From Naegleria gruberi (Eukaryota), in the NCBI GenBank assembly GCA_000004985.1, contig GG738884.1: DNA of 64,000 nt. One strand, given 5' to 3'. Below are positions 22,745-35,526 of the stretch, piece by piece. The position numbers were made by a program, and so were the translations under genes. A model generated the notes under the pieces. It was not told the origin of the DNA, did not search any database, and saw nothing but the letters and a program-made list of their open reading frames with translations. The stretch's first letter is position 1. Each line of letters starts with the position of its first letter.

Positions 22745-23716
22745 TTATTGAATGAGACATTTCTTCTTAACACTTCTTTCTAGTGCTTCCATTAAATCTT
22801 CTCTCTTAACGCAGACATCATTGAGACATGCCTCCTGTGTAAACTCGCTGTGAAATGGTAACATTGTTGGGCTAGGTTCTGATGTGAGATTGAATACTTT
22901 GTAAAATGAAAATCCAATATCTTTGAGTGATTGCTCAATTCTCTCTTGAGAAACGAGATGTGGACCACTTCCTAAGGAATTTAATATTACAAGGCAGGGA
23001 AATTTGTAGGTCTTTTTAAGTTCCAAACAGTATTTCAACCCATTAATCATGTATTGGAATGATTCCTCATTATCTGATCTACAAATGGAAAGTGCACTTT
23101 TAAATTTAGGTGTTTGGGGTGGATCAGCATTTAAATAATCTTTTAAGGTGTTAACTTTAATTTCCTTAATAGAAAAAGTCATGAAAAAGTCAACACACAC
23201 TTCGGTACGAGTATCGACAATGTCTGAATCAGGATTAGTGCTGGGTGTGGAGCTACCTTCAATCATTGAAACAATCTTGTGTTTTTCACAACCATCGTCT
23301 GAAATCAATCCACAGTCATAATAGGTCATTATTGAGGCAACAATAGAAGATAATATTGGTCTATAACTAGCTCTCTTCTCCTTTACAGCCTTTTTAAGGA
23401 GAGAATTGTTGGCATGACAAAGACCAGCAAATAAACTTTTCATATTTCCTTTGAAATGTTCATCAATAAAGTTCTGATAATCCTTCATCCACTGATCATC
23501 CAAATTAAATATTTGTTTGATTGCCATCCTCCAAAATCTATTCAGCAAATTCGTCATCTGTTTGTTTTTGCAATAAACCAATTCCAATTTACAAGCCATT
23601 CCGATATCATTGGTCAATAGGTGCTTCCTCCAATTATCTTGAAACACATCACAAAGTAGGAAATCAACAATAGACAAATGAATATCTTCTGGCAGATCAA
23701 AGAAAGTCTTTTCCAT
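22745..23716 (-). CDS. Hypothetical protein with an F-box-like N-terminus
   Basis: ATG at 23714-23716. LPEDIHLSIVDFLLCDVF fits the F-box LPxEIlxxIlxxL pattern. I recognised nothing in the rest of the protein. Confidence 0.35.
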   Translation of the reverse strand: MEKTFFDLPEDIHLSIVDFLLCDVFQDNWRKHLLTNDIGMACKLELVYCKNKQMTNLLNRFWRMAIKQIFNLDDQWMKDYQNFIDEHFKGNMKSLFAGLCHANNSLLKKAVKEKRASYRPILSSIVASIMTYYDCGLISDDGCEKHKIVSMIEGSSTPSTNPDSDIVDTRTEVCVDFFMTFSIKEIKVNTLKDYLNADPPQTPKFKSALSICRSDNEESFQYMINGLKYCLELKKTYKFPCLVILNSLGSGPHLVSQERIEQSLKDIGFSFYKVFNLTSEPSPTMLPFHSEFTQEACLNDVCVKREDLMEALERSVKKKCLIQ

Positions 23717-24282
23717 TATTTTTTTATTGTGATGATGAACTTTGATTGTTTAGTGCGATAATAGGGATTGTGTTCATCCAACATGATCAATCTAATAACC
23801 CAAGCAACAATATCAACTAAAATTTTCGTTTCTCAAATCTTGATAGATTATGCATAATCTCTATTCATTTGGGATGATGAGGTGGCCTAACAAGTTGAAC
23901 AAAACAAAGACGAACATACAGCAAACAAGTTGGAAATGATCAGAAAAGGTAAAAAAAAAACTCTTGCTGTACAGAGAGTGCACAAAGCCTTTATTTTGTC
24001 GGTTGCATCAACTTGTAAAACTTCATCATCAACATCACAACAATATTGTGTGTTCTCTCGTTCAACAAATTATTACGACCATCATTCTTTTAGAACAGTT
24101 TTAGTGGTGCTATCAATATATTCCAAACTCACCATTGAATAATTTCACTCACAAACCGCCGTTTTTTCCTTCCGTTAAATTTTTCAAATTTAATTTAATT
24201 GCAAACGGAAAAGTAATAAGAAAAGGCATTTTCTCTCTTTGATCATCTTCATCATTTTAGTAGTAATAAATATTACTTGAGA

Positions 24283-25971
24283 ATGAGTGCCTCATCAACA
24301 ACAACACCACATCTAATGTATGATGCTGTACCAGTTTTTACTCCAACTATGGAGGAGATGATGGATTTTACTGGATACATTGAACGAGTTGTGGATCCTG
24401 CCTGTATGTATGGTGGTATTTGCAAAGTAATTCCTCCAAAGGAATGGAAAGCCAATAGTTATAATATGGAAGATATTGATTTTGAAATTGCAACACCTAT
24501 CAGACAATATGCAGACGGAGCAAAAGGTGTCTTTCAATTATATTTAGAAGAAAGTAAACAAACAACATTTAAAAGATGGTACAAGTCTGTTACCGAACGT
24601 GCTCCTCCAATACCAGATAATATAACAGATTTAGAAGAACAAGTCGATTTTATGGAGAGAAAGATTTGGAAGAATATTGCATTCCGTGCTCCTCTCTATG
24701 GAAGTGATTTATATGGTTCATTGTTTGATGACCCAAAGACTCCTTGGAATTTAAATTATCTCGATTCATGTCTTTCTAAAGTATTAAAAAGACAAGGAAG
24801 TATACTACCAGGTATCAATGCACCATATCTATATGTAGGAAGTTATAAATCTTGCTTTGCTTGGCATTGTGAAGATTTGGATTTGTACAGTATTAATTAT
24901 ATGCACATTGGAAGTCCAAAGGTTTGGTACACAATTCCCTTCCCATATAAGAAACAATTTGAAGAATTAGCCAAAAAGTACTTCCCAGAGCCATTTAAGG
25001 GTTGTTCACAATTTCTCAGACACAAAACTACAGTAATTTCACCATTCACATTGAGAGAGGTTGGTATTAGAACAACTCGTGTGACTCAATTGCCTGGTGA
25101 GTTCATTATTACACTTCCTGGATCATATCACCAAGGGTTTAATTGGGATATTAATGTTAATGAGGCTGTAAACTTTGCTACTAGGAGATGGATTGATATT
25201 GGAAGAAATTGTTTAAGATGTACTTGTGATCCTGACACTGTGAGAATTAATTTGGATGGTATTGAGGAATATCTTGATGCAGAAGAGTCTCTACATGTAC
25301 ATGCTGATCATGCCAGTATACTGCCTCATGAACCAACAGATATTCTCGATTGTGATCCATCAACACTCCAATACTATGACCCTCAATTTGCTATGGATCC
25401 TACAGATCCATCTTATCCACTCTTTTTAGCAAATGCAGGGCTAGATATTGCTCCTGTTCCACATCAAATGCCAAATCCAGGAATGATTTCAAAATACTAT
25501 GACGAAATGAATGCATCCTACAGTTATCCATATAATATCCCAACTAAAGTTTTTAATCATGAAATTGATATGCCAATGCTTTCCAATATTAAGAGTGAGT
25601 TTGATGATTTTCCAATTACAGAATATAAGGTAGTCTCAAATGATGAAAAGTGTATCAAGATTAAAATCACAACTAATGGAGCTTTGGAGGGAGTAGAAGA
25701 ACAAGAAGAGGAAGAGGTTGAGGAAGAGGATGAAGAAGAATATGTACCAACAAAGAAAAAGAGATCATCGAGAAAGAAGGTTAAGAAGGAAAAGAAATCA
25801 TCCATTTCGAAACAATATAAAACTAGGAAGTCAACTACTACCACAACTGCAACTGCTGTTGCAACAATTACCACCACTGTAACTCCTCTTACTTGCTCCA
25901 CCATTTCGAAATCTCATCACCATCCTCTCTTTGCTAGGTTTTTCTCTAGGTCCAGACTTTTACGAAAATAA
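24283..25971 (+). CDS. JmjN/JmjC histone lysine demethylase of the KDM4/JHDM3 type
   Basis: The ORF-track start at 24277 is TTG; the ATG is at 24283. JmjN motif: VPVFTPTMEEMMDFTGYIERV. JmjC motif: YLYVGSYKSCFAWHCEDLDLYSINYMHIGSPKVWYTIP, with the Fe(II)-binding HxE and later H. The C-terminus is an acidic/basic low-complexity tail. Confidence 0.8.
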   Translation: MSASSTTTPHLMYDAVPVFTPTMEEMMDFTGYIERVVDPACMYGGICKVIPPKEWKANSYNMEDIDFEIATPIRQYADGAKGVFQLYLEESKQTTFKRWYKSVTERAPPIPDNITDLEEQVDFMERKIWKNIAFRAPLYGSDLYGSLFDDPKTPWNLNYLDSCLSKVLKRQGSILPGINAPYLYVGSYKSCFAWHCEDLDLYSINYMHIGSPKVWYTIPFPYKKQFEELAKKYFPEPFKGCSQFLRHKTTVISPFTLREVGIRTTRVTQLPGEFIITLPGSYHQGFNWDINVNEAVNFATRRWIDIGRNCLRCTCDPDTVRINLDGIEEYLDAEESLHVHADHASILPHEPTDILDCDPSTLQYYDPQFAMDPTDPSYPLFLANAGLDIAPVPHQMPNPGMISKYYDEMNASYSYPYNIPTKVFNHEIDMPMLSNIKSEFDDFPITEYKVVSNDEKCIKIKITTNGALEGVEEQEEEEVEEEDEEEYVPTKKKRSSRKKVKKEKKSSISKQYKTRKSTTTTTATAVATITTTVTPLTCSTISKSHHHPLFARFFSRSRLLRK

Positions 25972-25979
25972 ATTTAGTT

Positions 25980-27363
25980 TTACTCAACCAGATTTATTTG
26001 AATATTTTGCAAGAGTGGATGCTTAATAATAATGGTATCTGTCTCTAACTTAAAATTAATATTATTGGATGAAAGTTGGTACTGGACTTGATCTAAACTT
26101 TCCACTTCCAAAACCATTCTACTCAAACCATAAACTCTATTTGTTTCACACACTTCACTTCTATCACGACAAATTACTCTCAATTTTGGAGGTAATATTG
26201 ATGTGTTTGGAGCTATCATCTTGGAGAAATCCCACAAGTAATGTCTATAAGGCTCTATGACTTCCACATTTTGGGATCCAAATAATTTGATAAATGTTTT
26301 CAATCCTTCCACATCTTCTCTGACTGCTGTTGTTTGGAATTCAATTTCCCTACAAGACTTGATTTTGAGGTTTCCTAATGGGAAGTTTTTCAATTGCCAC
26401 ATATTTCTATTATTTCTTACGTATTTTACATTTTTTTCGGTAACCAATTTCATTACTAATTCAAAGAATGGATGATAATTAATGGTATATATTCCATGAT
26501 TCTTAAATGGTTCATTTCTGTAAATATACTTTCTGTAAAATTCCCACATGGTTCCAAATAAAAATGTTTGTTTAAATCCTATTATCTTTTTGTCTTCCAA
26601 TTTCAGTTTTGATAGCATCGACTTAGTCATGTAAAATTCATGATAATTCTTGAACTGGCTTGTGCAAATAATTCCTCTAGATTTAAGTATTTTCCTATCG
26701 GAATCTCCCGAAGCTGATGGAAAAAGTGAGACTCCCAATAATCCAAATGTGTGAACACTTCCAAAACTTGTGAGTAATGAGGCAATTCCATCAAGAGAGA
26801 GTAGATTGCGTTGTACAGATTGTTCCTCTTGCTTTTTTGCACCAACAACTCTCTCACCAAACAGTACAGTAAAGATATGACTAATATATCCTCTTATTTT
26901 GTTCAATCCAGGTTGTTCCACACATTGAATCTTGAAATTATTAAGAGAAACACATCCCATACGAGTTGATTGATCGATAGGGTAATTTTCCTTCTGAGAA
27001 AATGGTTGAAAACCATAAACAATCGGAAGCTTTAAATCCTTTGCAAAGAATTTAAATAATGCCTCAGCTTGATTTGAATAAAAAGTAACTTGTTCCAATG
27101 ATTTCACAATAGAATGCAAATTAGGATTATCACTACCACGTCGGAGCATACTATCAATTTGTTTATAAACATAATGTTCCTCCTCTTTAGAAAAATTGGC
27201 GGCAAATTGTTCTCTCATACCCAAGACTGTCTTTTTGAGAGTTTGAAATCCCAACCGATAGGCAAGCAATATTTGATTCACGAAAAACAAGCCTCCTCCG
27301 ATCAAGCCATTCCTCGACGAGGCTGCGTGGGAAGAATTTTCCAAATTTTGTTGTTGATTCATT
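25980..27363 (-). CDS. Hypothetical protein, possibly with C-terminal LRR-like repeats
   Basis: The ORF-track first codon is TTG; the first in-frame ATG is at 27361-27363 (MNQQQNLENSS...). I recognised no confident domain. Confidence 0.3.
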
Positions 27364-27967
27364 TTTTTTAATATAATTTTAATTTTTTCAATCAATTTCC
27401 ATTTCTGAAGAATTTACATAGAGAAAAATTGTTTTTTTAAATGCAATGATCAATGATGAGGATTTGGAAGGAAGGGAATGATTTGGAGTTGGTACTTATT
27501 TTGATTCGAGTCATTTCAATGTAAATAAACCATTTCTTTATTGGACATGTTTTAAGATTTTCAATGCTCATGATGAATTGCTGTTTATCTGAGAGATATA
27601 GAGATACTTCAGCAGCTTCAATTTTGATGACATTTCTTACTAATAATCGTACCAACACTCTTGCTACGCTTCACTCTTAAAGAGATCTTTGACAACACAT
27701 ACTAAAAAAATGGATTTCTCGATTTTGAAAAAAAATAGTAAAAAGTTCTAGTTAGAAGAACCTTAATACAACTCATTAATCGGTAATCTTACCAAAATCC
27801 CTCTAAATTCCCTCACTGAGAGTCAAAATCATCACCATTGCTCGGATGTTTGATGACCTTCTATTCACTAATTTTTAAACAATTACCTAGCCAGCACTGA
27901 AGATTTAACTAAGAGCAACGCTATTACTCAGTAAATGAAATAGATCTTAAAACGGACGAGTTTACAT

Positions 27968-30900
27968 TTATTTGGAGTTCTCCTCCTTTGAATCATCTTG
28001 TTTTTGGGGTTGGCTGGTTTCCTCAATGTCCTCAATTTCCAAATCATCTTCCTTATGTCTTGGAGAAGCTTCAACAGACTCATCAGAAGTGAACATATCA
28101 TACTCACCCTTAAAGTAAGACATGGATTTCTCTGTTAGTTTCATAGGGAATCTGTTTTCAAATTGGAATCTTGGATGAGGTACATTGAATTTGTTCTTTA
28201 GGTTGGTGTCTTTCTTCAGCTCTTCAATTCCTTGCTCAACATAATTTACCAAAACATCGGCAGTCATTTCCCTCCTGAATATTTCCCTGTTTGTATCATT
28301 CTCAAACACAGCACAAATAAGGGTTGGGAATAATATTTGCTTGTTTTGGTTGTCCGAAAAATATTGGTCTGGTAATGAAATTAATCTCTGTAGAATGGTT
28401 GGGTTCCTTCCATTGTGATAGTGGAGCATATCTTGATTGGATTGATTTTCCAAGCAGAAATATCCAATGAGAAGAATAATTTCATTCAAGAGGTCTGGAA
28501 TGTGAATTTTAAGATTGGATGCAATAGCAGAATCATATACAATCAGTGTTGGATCATAGTTGACGGATTCTATAAAACTCAAAAGGAATCCAATTATGTG
28601 GAACAATTCTGTTTGGAAAGTATCTCCCAGAATTTTCTGGATGAAATCAAGATCAATGCATGCCAAGTTGTTTAAAATTCTAAATGCTAGGAATGTTATT
28701 CTGAGGGCAAGGTCATTGAGTTCTGGTTTGTTTTTACCTCTCAAAGGTCCACTAGCAAGAACAATAGTTGATAATACAGGTAGGACGTCAATAACATTAA
28801 TTGATTGGAATTTAGCGATGAGGTTTTCAATTTCTGGTCCCTTTTTTTGAACATAGACAGGTAAATGTCTAAGTTTGGCATACGTGAATGTTGTCATCAC
28901 TCTGATAAGCTCCAAAGATTTAAGAATGAAAGAAGATCTTTCTTGTAATTGGAATTCATCAACATAGATTACATGTGATTTGATAATATCCAATAGTTTG
29001 GTACTGACAATAAAGTCAATCAAGTAGTCTTTAAACATTACTTCCACTTCAACAATCTCAGCAGAAGGTGTTTGCAATAGTTTGGTAATAATTACCACCA
29101 TCATTTCCAATTCAGCAAGTGATGTGGGTTGATTACCTAGCTCAATAGTTGCTTGTAAAACTGAGCAAATTAGGTTGTTAGTATTAATGTAAATTAGATT
29201 ATCCTTAAGCTTGCAGAGAGAATTGAGTGCCTGAATGTAGGCAGATCTTTCGTCTGCATCCTTGGCAAGTGCCATTTGAGAACACACACAATCCAAGGCG
29301 CCTTCATCTCTGAGAGATTCCAAAATATCAGATCTACTAATTCTAGATAAAGACAAAAGTGCTTGGATGAGTACATCAGATTTAGGTTGATTCTTGATGT
29401 TTTGTACTGTCTTTTTGAAAAGATTTGATTTCGGTTTGGCTTTTGGTTTGATTTGAATGAGCTTTTTCTCCATAGCTTCAAAGGCTTTGGTGAATTTTTG
29501 TTTGGCTCTTTTGAATTTCTTACTCGATTTCTTATTTTCGTTAGTGCTATCCTCTTCAGCAGCAACGATTGGAGATGGTGAGACAACATTATATTCGACT
29601 TTTGGTGGGGATAGAGCTCTCTTTCTAGCTTCTTCAACTTTCTTCAAGTCAATGGATGCCTTTGCCTTCTTAGTTTCTATAGTTTTAGTCTTTCTATCCT
29701 CAGCAGCTTCAAGCTTTTTCTCTAATTTTTCTGACAAGTGTTGTGTAGAGAGCTCGGTTTCCTTCTTGGTCTTTTGGATCTTTTTTTCATATTCGACCTT
29801 TTTGCTGATTCTTTCAGCAGATTCCTTCTCTTTTTGCTCTTTAATGAGTTCGACTTTCTTCTCTTTAGCCTTAATACTTTCAAGGAAAGTTTGTTGGCGT
29901 TCAATTTCTAATTGTTGTCTTCTCATCTTGGCTGCTCTCTCCTTTTCTAGATCCTTAGTGCATTTGACTTTGATTTTATGTTGCTCTCTTTCTCTTCTTT
30001 CTTGGGAGGCTGTTAATTTTTGATCGAGTTGGAACTTGTTCTTTTCTTCTTCGAGAGATTTAATAAATTTGACTTCTTCAACCTTTTCGCTTTCTTTTCT
30101 GGCCTCTTCCATAACTTTCTTGATGTGTATTTGGTTATTCTTTCTTGCTCTTTCGTGCTTTTCTTCTTGTTTCTTTTTAGTTTCTTCCAGTTCCTTTTCT
30201 CGTTTTTTCAAAACTTCCTTTTGTTTTTCTGCCTCCTTTAAGAATTTGACCTCTTGTTGAATTTGTTTTGTTTGTCTATTCCATGCTGATTTGGCCATCT
30301 TTTCCTCTTGTCTTCTTCTAATGTCCTCTGGTGACAACCTCTTTCTGTTTGGGGATGAAAGTCTTTCCCTTACAGACATCATATCAGGAGAACTGGGAGG
30401 AGAGTTTTCTGGGCTTGATACAACATCTGCCCAAGCTCTTCCCTGAGTTCCAAATGAAGGACTATTGAACAAATCTTCAAATGAGGTACTGATATTGATC
30501 TGGCTAGTTGAATTAGATGGTGTTGTATCGCTCAATAATGAAGAATTAACATCATTGACAGTTTGTTTTGATAATAATTCAGAAAAATCTTTGACAGCTG
30601 ACTGAAATATATTACAAATTTCAGAAGTAAATTCACTTCCATTTTGCTCGCATTCTTTAAATAAATCCTCAATTATTCTTTTGGAAAATTAAATTAGTAT
30701 AACAAAATAAAATACTACACAAACCTTCTTACTTCATCAGTTGTCAATTTAGTTTCCTCAACAGGTGAAATGACTGGAACAAGCATCTTTTTAGGAACTA
30801 TTTGTTTCTTTGGACTCCTGGTGATAGAAGCATTTCCAACTCTAAATGAATGAAGATTTTTCTGAGATAATGTTTTTGGAGTAATGATAGACTCCTTTTG

Positions 30901-30999
30901 TTTTGGAGACAAGATCTCATGATGTGCATTACTCATAAAATGTAAATTTAAATGTGGAGGTGATTTCCAAACACTATTCGAAGCAATACTATTGTCCAT
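27968..30999 (-). CDS. Long coiled-coil protein with a Lys/Glu-rich central region and an armadillo/HEAT-like helical C-terminal region. At least 2 exons: 30733..30999 and 27968..30667.
   Basis: The ORF-track start at 30535 is TTG and the frame is open upstream to an acceptor at 30667. A GTAAGA donor after ...TKLTTDE joins in frame to DLFKECEQNG...; ATG at 30997-30999. Residues 100-330 of the main exon are an EKxxKxLEE coiled coil. Confidence 0.4.
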
Positions 31000-31528
31000 A
31001 AATTGATTATGATGGTCGGAAGTTGCAACACTCCATTTAATGAATTTGTAGTTGCAGCAGCATAACTCGATATTGTTGTTGTTGATGATGAAGATGTATT
31101 ATTATTGTTTAGTGATGATGCAGACGGTACTTGTGTTGCAGCAGGTGAAGATGAGCCACCGCTTGGCAACTTGTCCATTTTTTTTATTGTGAAGAATACA
31201 TCAGCATATTGAAAATGGAAGCCTTTTCAAGCGATTGGCGCTCAAATAATCTACAGTAATCCTTATGATTGAAATACAAAGAAAATATTTCGAGTTCCCT
31301 TAAGACTGTGCAAAAATTGTAATGAACGGAAGGCTTCGGTAAGGATTGAGGTTGATGGACCATCTCTTGTGGGAAGAATGAACATTAAGGAATGAAGAAT
31401 TGATTAAATTTGGAATTTTTAATTGTTGATCATATTGTATACAATGGATCATCAATACTTTTGTTTTCGAACTGTGACTCCTATTTTTACAAATATATTA
31501 GAAACAATTTAAAATTATTAGTTAAAAA

Positions 31529-32702
31529 ATGTCAATTCTTTCGTATGATCCCGAAAATCGGATTGAAAAGATAATTTCAAATTCTACCTATTTATTTGAT
31601 AATACTTACGGATTTCAATTTATCAGCATGGCTAGTTCCTTTCGTGTGGTATGTGATAAATTCTTACAAAATAGGAAGATAATATTTTCAGTTGCACCTC
31701 TTTGGAGTCAACAATTATGCTTGTTTCGTCGGAAAAGAATTAGAGGGTGAGCAAGATTTATACTTTATCAATGTAATGGAAGAGGAAATCATTGGAACAT
31801 CTGCCAATATCAACTCTGTAGTTTTGCTTGTCCAACACAAAAAGTCAAAGAGAACCAGAATTTTTATTAGAGAACCGAAAAACCATCTTTCTAAAGTTTA
31901 TAATACACACAACATTGATGGAATTGAGTGGAGAGAAGTTTTGGATTTGGAAACTCTGTTATTGGATGGTGAATGGATAATTACTTGTTCATGCTCTTGG
32001 GCTACAGTAGCATTTGTTACGAGCTTTGGAAGAATTTTAACAATAGGATCCAATCATAAAGGAGAGCTAGGTAGACCTTCCACCAAGTTTGATAATGCAG
32101 GAGAATGTGAAATAGTTTCTAAAACTTCAAGTAACAAACCATTTTTTGTAAAAACAAAAAGTGGAGAATATGATTTATTGGCTCTTACAAAAGATGGAAA
32201 AGTTTATAGATGTGGATATTCTCTTGGACTTGATGGAACATTAGAAAGACTTACTGAATTCGATTCACAAATATTGGACGAGGATGAAGTTTATGAAGAT
32301 ATTGCCTTTACTGCTCGAAGAGGTTTTGCATTGACAAGTAAGTGAGCTTCTCATCGTTTTTAACTTTTTAAAGGCAAGAAAAGAATATTTTGTTTGAATA
32401 ATTGTCAAGAAATAATAATCCCTCTCTCACCAATTCATTCTGTAACATTGCACGGTTTCCAGTTTTTGAGAGTAATTGTTAATGATAAGAAGTGCTACAT
32501 TATGAAGAATAATGAATTGGTTATAGAATATGAAGCCACAGTACCTCGATTAGAAGAGCTGTATTTTTGTGGAACTTCTTACTATTCAGTTTACTATTGG
32601 CGCAAATCAAAGGAGAGTTATTATTGTATAACTTTCAAACAGAACCTTATTAACTTGACAAAGCATGAGAGGTTGACTGATATTGCAATTTACTTTCTTT
32701 GA
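31529..32702 (+). CDS. RCC1-like beta-propeller repeat protein (hypothetical). Exons 31529..31648, 31692..32337 and 32374..32702.
   Basis: RCC1-type blade motifs are present: FGRILTIGSNHKGELGRP and GKVYRCGYSLGLDG. The two introns (GTATGT...tcag and GTAAGT...aaag) were checked for phase. Confidence 0.4.
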
Positions 32703-34580
32703 ACTGGGCTTCTGTAAATTCCAAAGAATGCACAAGGCATTTTGTTTGCTTCTGAAAAGGTGGAATCTCCATTTCTACAAGTAGCATCAGAGTGATTAAT
32801 TGCTGCATTATAGAGCGAACTTGTATAATTACCAACAAAACTCGATGCAGGAGTAGTCATGAAACAGCTAGAAACAGGAACAAGCCCATCGTTTGGCTCT
32901 CCGTATTGAACCATTTGAGAAAAAATTTCCAGAGCTACACCATAATAACTCACCAAACCAAAAGGTGAACTACCACACAATCTGGCACTAATCTTTGGTT
33001 CAGAATATGAGAATATAGGATCACCCAAACACATAGGCTTCTTACCATGATAATTGGTAGTATTTGGATCACAATAATTTGGAAGTAAAGTTGCATCAGC
33101 GAGGTCTGGATTATCACCATCACAATTTCCTGTAACTTCTGCAACAAAATCTATAATTTTCTGAAGCTCATGAGGAGCTGTTTTGTGGACATATTGATAG
33201 CAGAGTGTTTTGAGATAGACTGCTGCTGGACTTCCATTAAATGGAGCTGATAAGCTTACCCATGTCGAGGTGGTCAGATCTAAGCTGCAATACCCCTTAT
33301 ACATAGCTGTTGGGAAAATCATATTTGCCATGGAGTGCGTGAACACTATTGTGTTGCTAATCACCTTTGAGTTGGTCTTATTCTTGTTTCCAATAAGGGC
33401 CAATTCACAATAAGATGTTTGTAAATGCTCTGAAGTCCATCCATTCTCTTTGGTATTTCTACGAATGAACCATCTCTCTGAACACAAGTCTTCAGTGTAT
33501 GAATTTACTTGACCCCAATAGTGTGGCCAATCATTGAGAGGAACACCCTAGAATAATAATTACAATAAGAACAATCCCAATCTGAAAACTTACCTCATTT
33601 TTCACACCAGCTCCATGAAGGAATACACAAATTTTCTTGGTTCCATTATTTTTCAAATTAAGCTTGTATAGTTCTTTGAGAAGAGAATTATTCGACTCTT
33701 CCTTAAACCAAACTAACTTCTTATTTGCTGTTGGTACATCTTTTTGATATTGCTTTTGAGGAGTAACAGTATGCTTGACACAAGTTTGAGAAAGTATCTT
33801 GACCTTTTCAAATAATTTAGAGTCTTGATCGTTGACAGAACTAATTTCAATCATGACATTACTAGATCTAATTCTGTACGGTGTTTTCTTTTCATTCACA
33901 CAAGCAATTAATGCTTCATTCGAATATTCTTGATTTAACAAATTCACAAACACTCTATCTCCTGAGTTACAACCTGCCAATCCAGACAATTGCATGTCAA
34001 AACTCTCCTTCCAATTTTCCAATTTAACAGCAGGTACAATCAGTTTGGAATACAGAACTGCCAAAGTTTTTTGAATTCCACTAACAAATCTATCACCCAT
34101 TCCAATAGCCCCATACTCCAACTGAATACAGCTCTTATTATGTGGAATTATCATGAATGTTTTCTCACTTTCCAATAAGATTGAAAGTGGTGATTCCAAA
34201 CTCTGAGCAAATATCTTTACCGAATCAACAAGAGCACTCTTGTCATTGAATAGTTGGAAGATTCCTCTCCATTCCATTTCATGGCGTTGGTTCAATCCAA
34301 AGTTAGAACCAGCAAAACCTTCATCATTACCACCAACAATCTTATTTGATGAAACTTGAGAAAATCTGAACGATCCCGATCTTGGAAATTGGAATGCAAC
34401 ATCCTCAGATGTATCTACAGACAATGCTCCAACAGCAAACTGCAGCAAGATGTGCAAGACTAACACGAGCAGGGCGATCTTCATTGAATAATTTGTAGAC
34501 ATTTTTTTCTTGTTGATAATCTTAAATTGTTGAGGATTCTTGAGACGAATCATCATCGTTTGGTAAGGGTATTGAGCCAT
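32690..34580 (-). CDS. Secreted alpha/beta-hydrolase, lipase-like (PGAP1/DUF676-type). Exons 33594..34580 and 32690..33547.
   Basis: Signal-peptide-like MKIALLVLVLHILLQFAVGALS. An oxyanion-type VFLHGAG sits at the end of exon 1. Exon 2 has a nucleophile-elbow variant VFTHSMAN and an acid motif NDGLVPVSS. The intron GTAAGT...ttctag (33548..33593) is in frame. Confidence 0.45.
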
Positions 34581-34840
34581 CCTTTACAATGAGTTACTTG
34601 ATGATGGTTATTATAAATTATCCGTTGCTAGAAGAATTATTGTTGGTGAAGAGGAAAAATTCGGTCAACTCCCCACCATGAATTTTCAATTTATATTTGT
34701 TTAGGAAATTGAAAATAATCCTTCATCCCAGTGCTGTTTGTGTAAAACTTTTACAATAACAATTTAACATTTCACTTTCGTCAACCAAAGGAGAACTTGG
34801 GTGAACAAAAACTTCAACTCTTTTACAAAACCAGAAAAAA

Positions 34841-35302
34841 ATGCAACAATTATGTTGGGATGAATTGATTAACATTTCCTCTTTTCTTCCTCTTGGTGAT
34901 TTGCTGAATTCCTTCCGTTTGGTAAATAGGGAATTTCTCTCTCTTTTCCGAGAGTTGGAATTGAGTAGGAATTTTTGGATGAACCTATACAAGAGTTTCA
35001 TCTCATCCCGAATTGATTTATATAATGATTTAATTAATGAGAGTTTGGAAATGAGGGGGAGAATACTGCATTCATGTAAGGAAAAAAGGAATGGAGGGAA
35101 AGGCTTGGGAATTTTCATATCAAATCAAAAACTTGCTAATGGAATTATGAGAGAAATGTTGCATAGTTATGATTCTTATCATAATGGATGGAAATGGTGT
35201 ACTGATAATAGAGATTGGTGCTATGGAAAACCATTCATCCCCAGATTTTTCCTTTCAGTCCTTTATTTCTCAACAATCATCATAATCAGCATACCAATTT
35301 GA
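34841..35302 (+). CDS. Small F-box-like hypothetical protein
   Basis: ATG at 34841. MQQLCWDELINISSFLPLGDLLNSFRLVNREFLSLF is F-box-like. Confidence 0.3.
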   Translation: MQQLCWDELINISSFLPLGDLLNSFRLVNREFLSLFRELELSRNFWMNLYKSFISSRIDLYNDLINESLEMRGRILHSCKEKRNGGKGLGIFISNQKLANGIMREMLHSYDSYHNGWKWCTDNRDWCYGKPFIPRFFLSVLYFSTIIIISIPI

Positions 35303-35526
35303 ACATGCTTATTATCAAAATAATAAGATGAATTGTCACTAGTTATTCGAAACAGAGCAACCAGCTCATTAGATCTTGAAAATTAATGATCTGGCCAATT
35401 AATACAAAAGGAAGTAAAAGTAGCTTTCTTTGTTGATTGAAGAAACCACAAAAGAGCGCAATTCTCTATCTTTATACCTGTCATTTCGATCAAATGTCGT
35501 AACGGTAATAATTTTCACAATAAAAA

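Noticed and set aside
29457-30260. Plus-strand Phe/Leu/Ser-rich ORFs at 29457..30023, 30020..30241 and 30036..30260
   Set aside because: These are antisense shadows of the Lys/Glu-rich coiled-coil exon on the minus strand. Complementing AAG/GAA-rich codons produces such ORFs.
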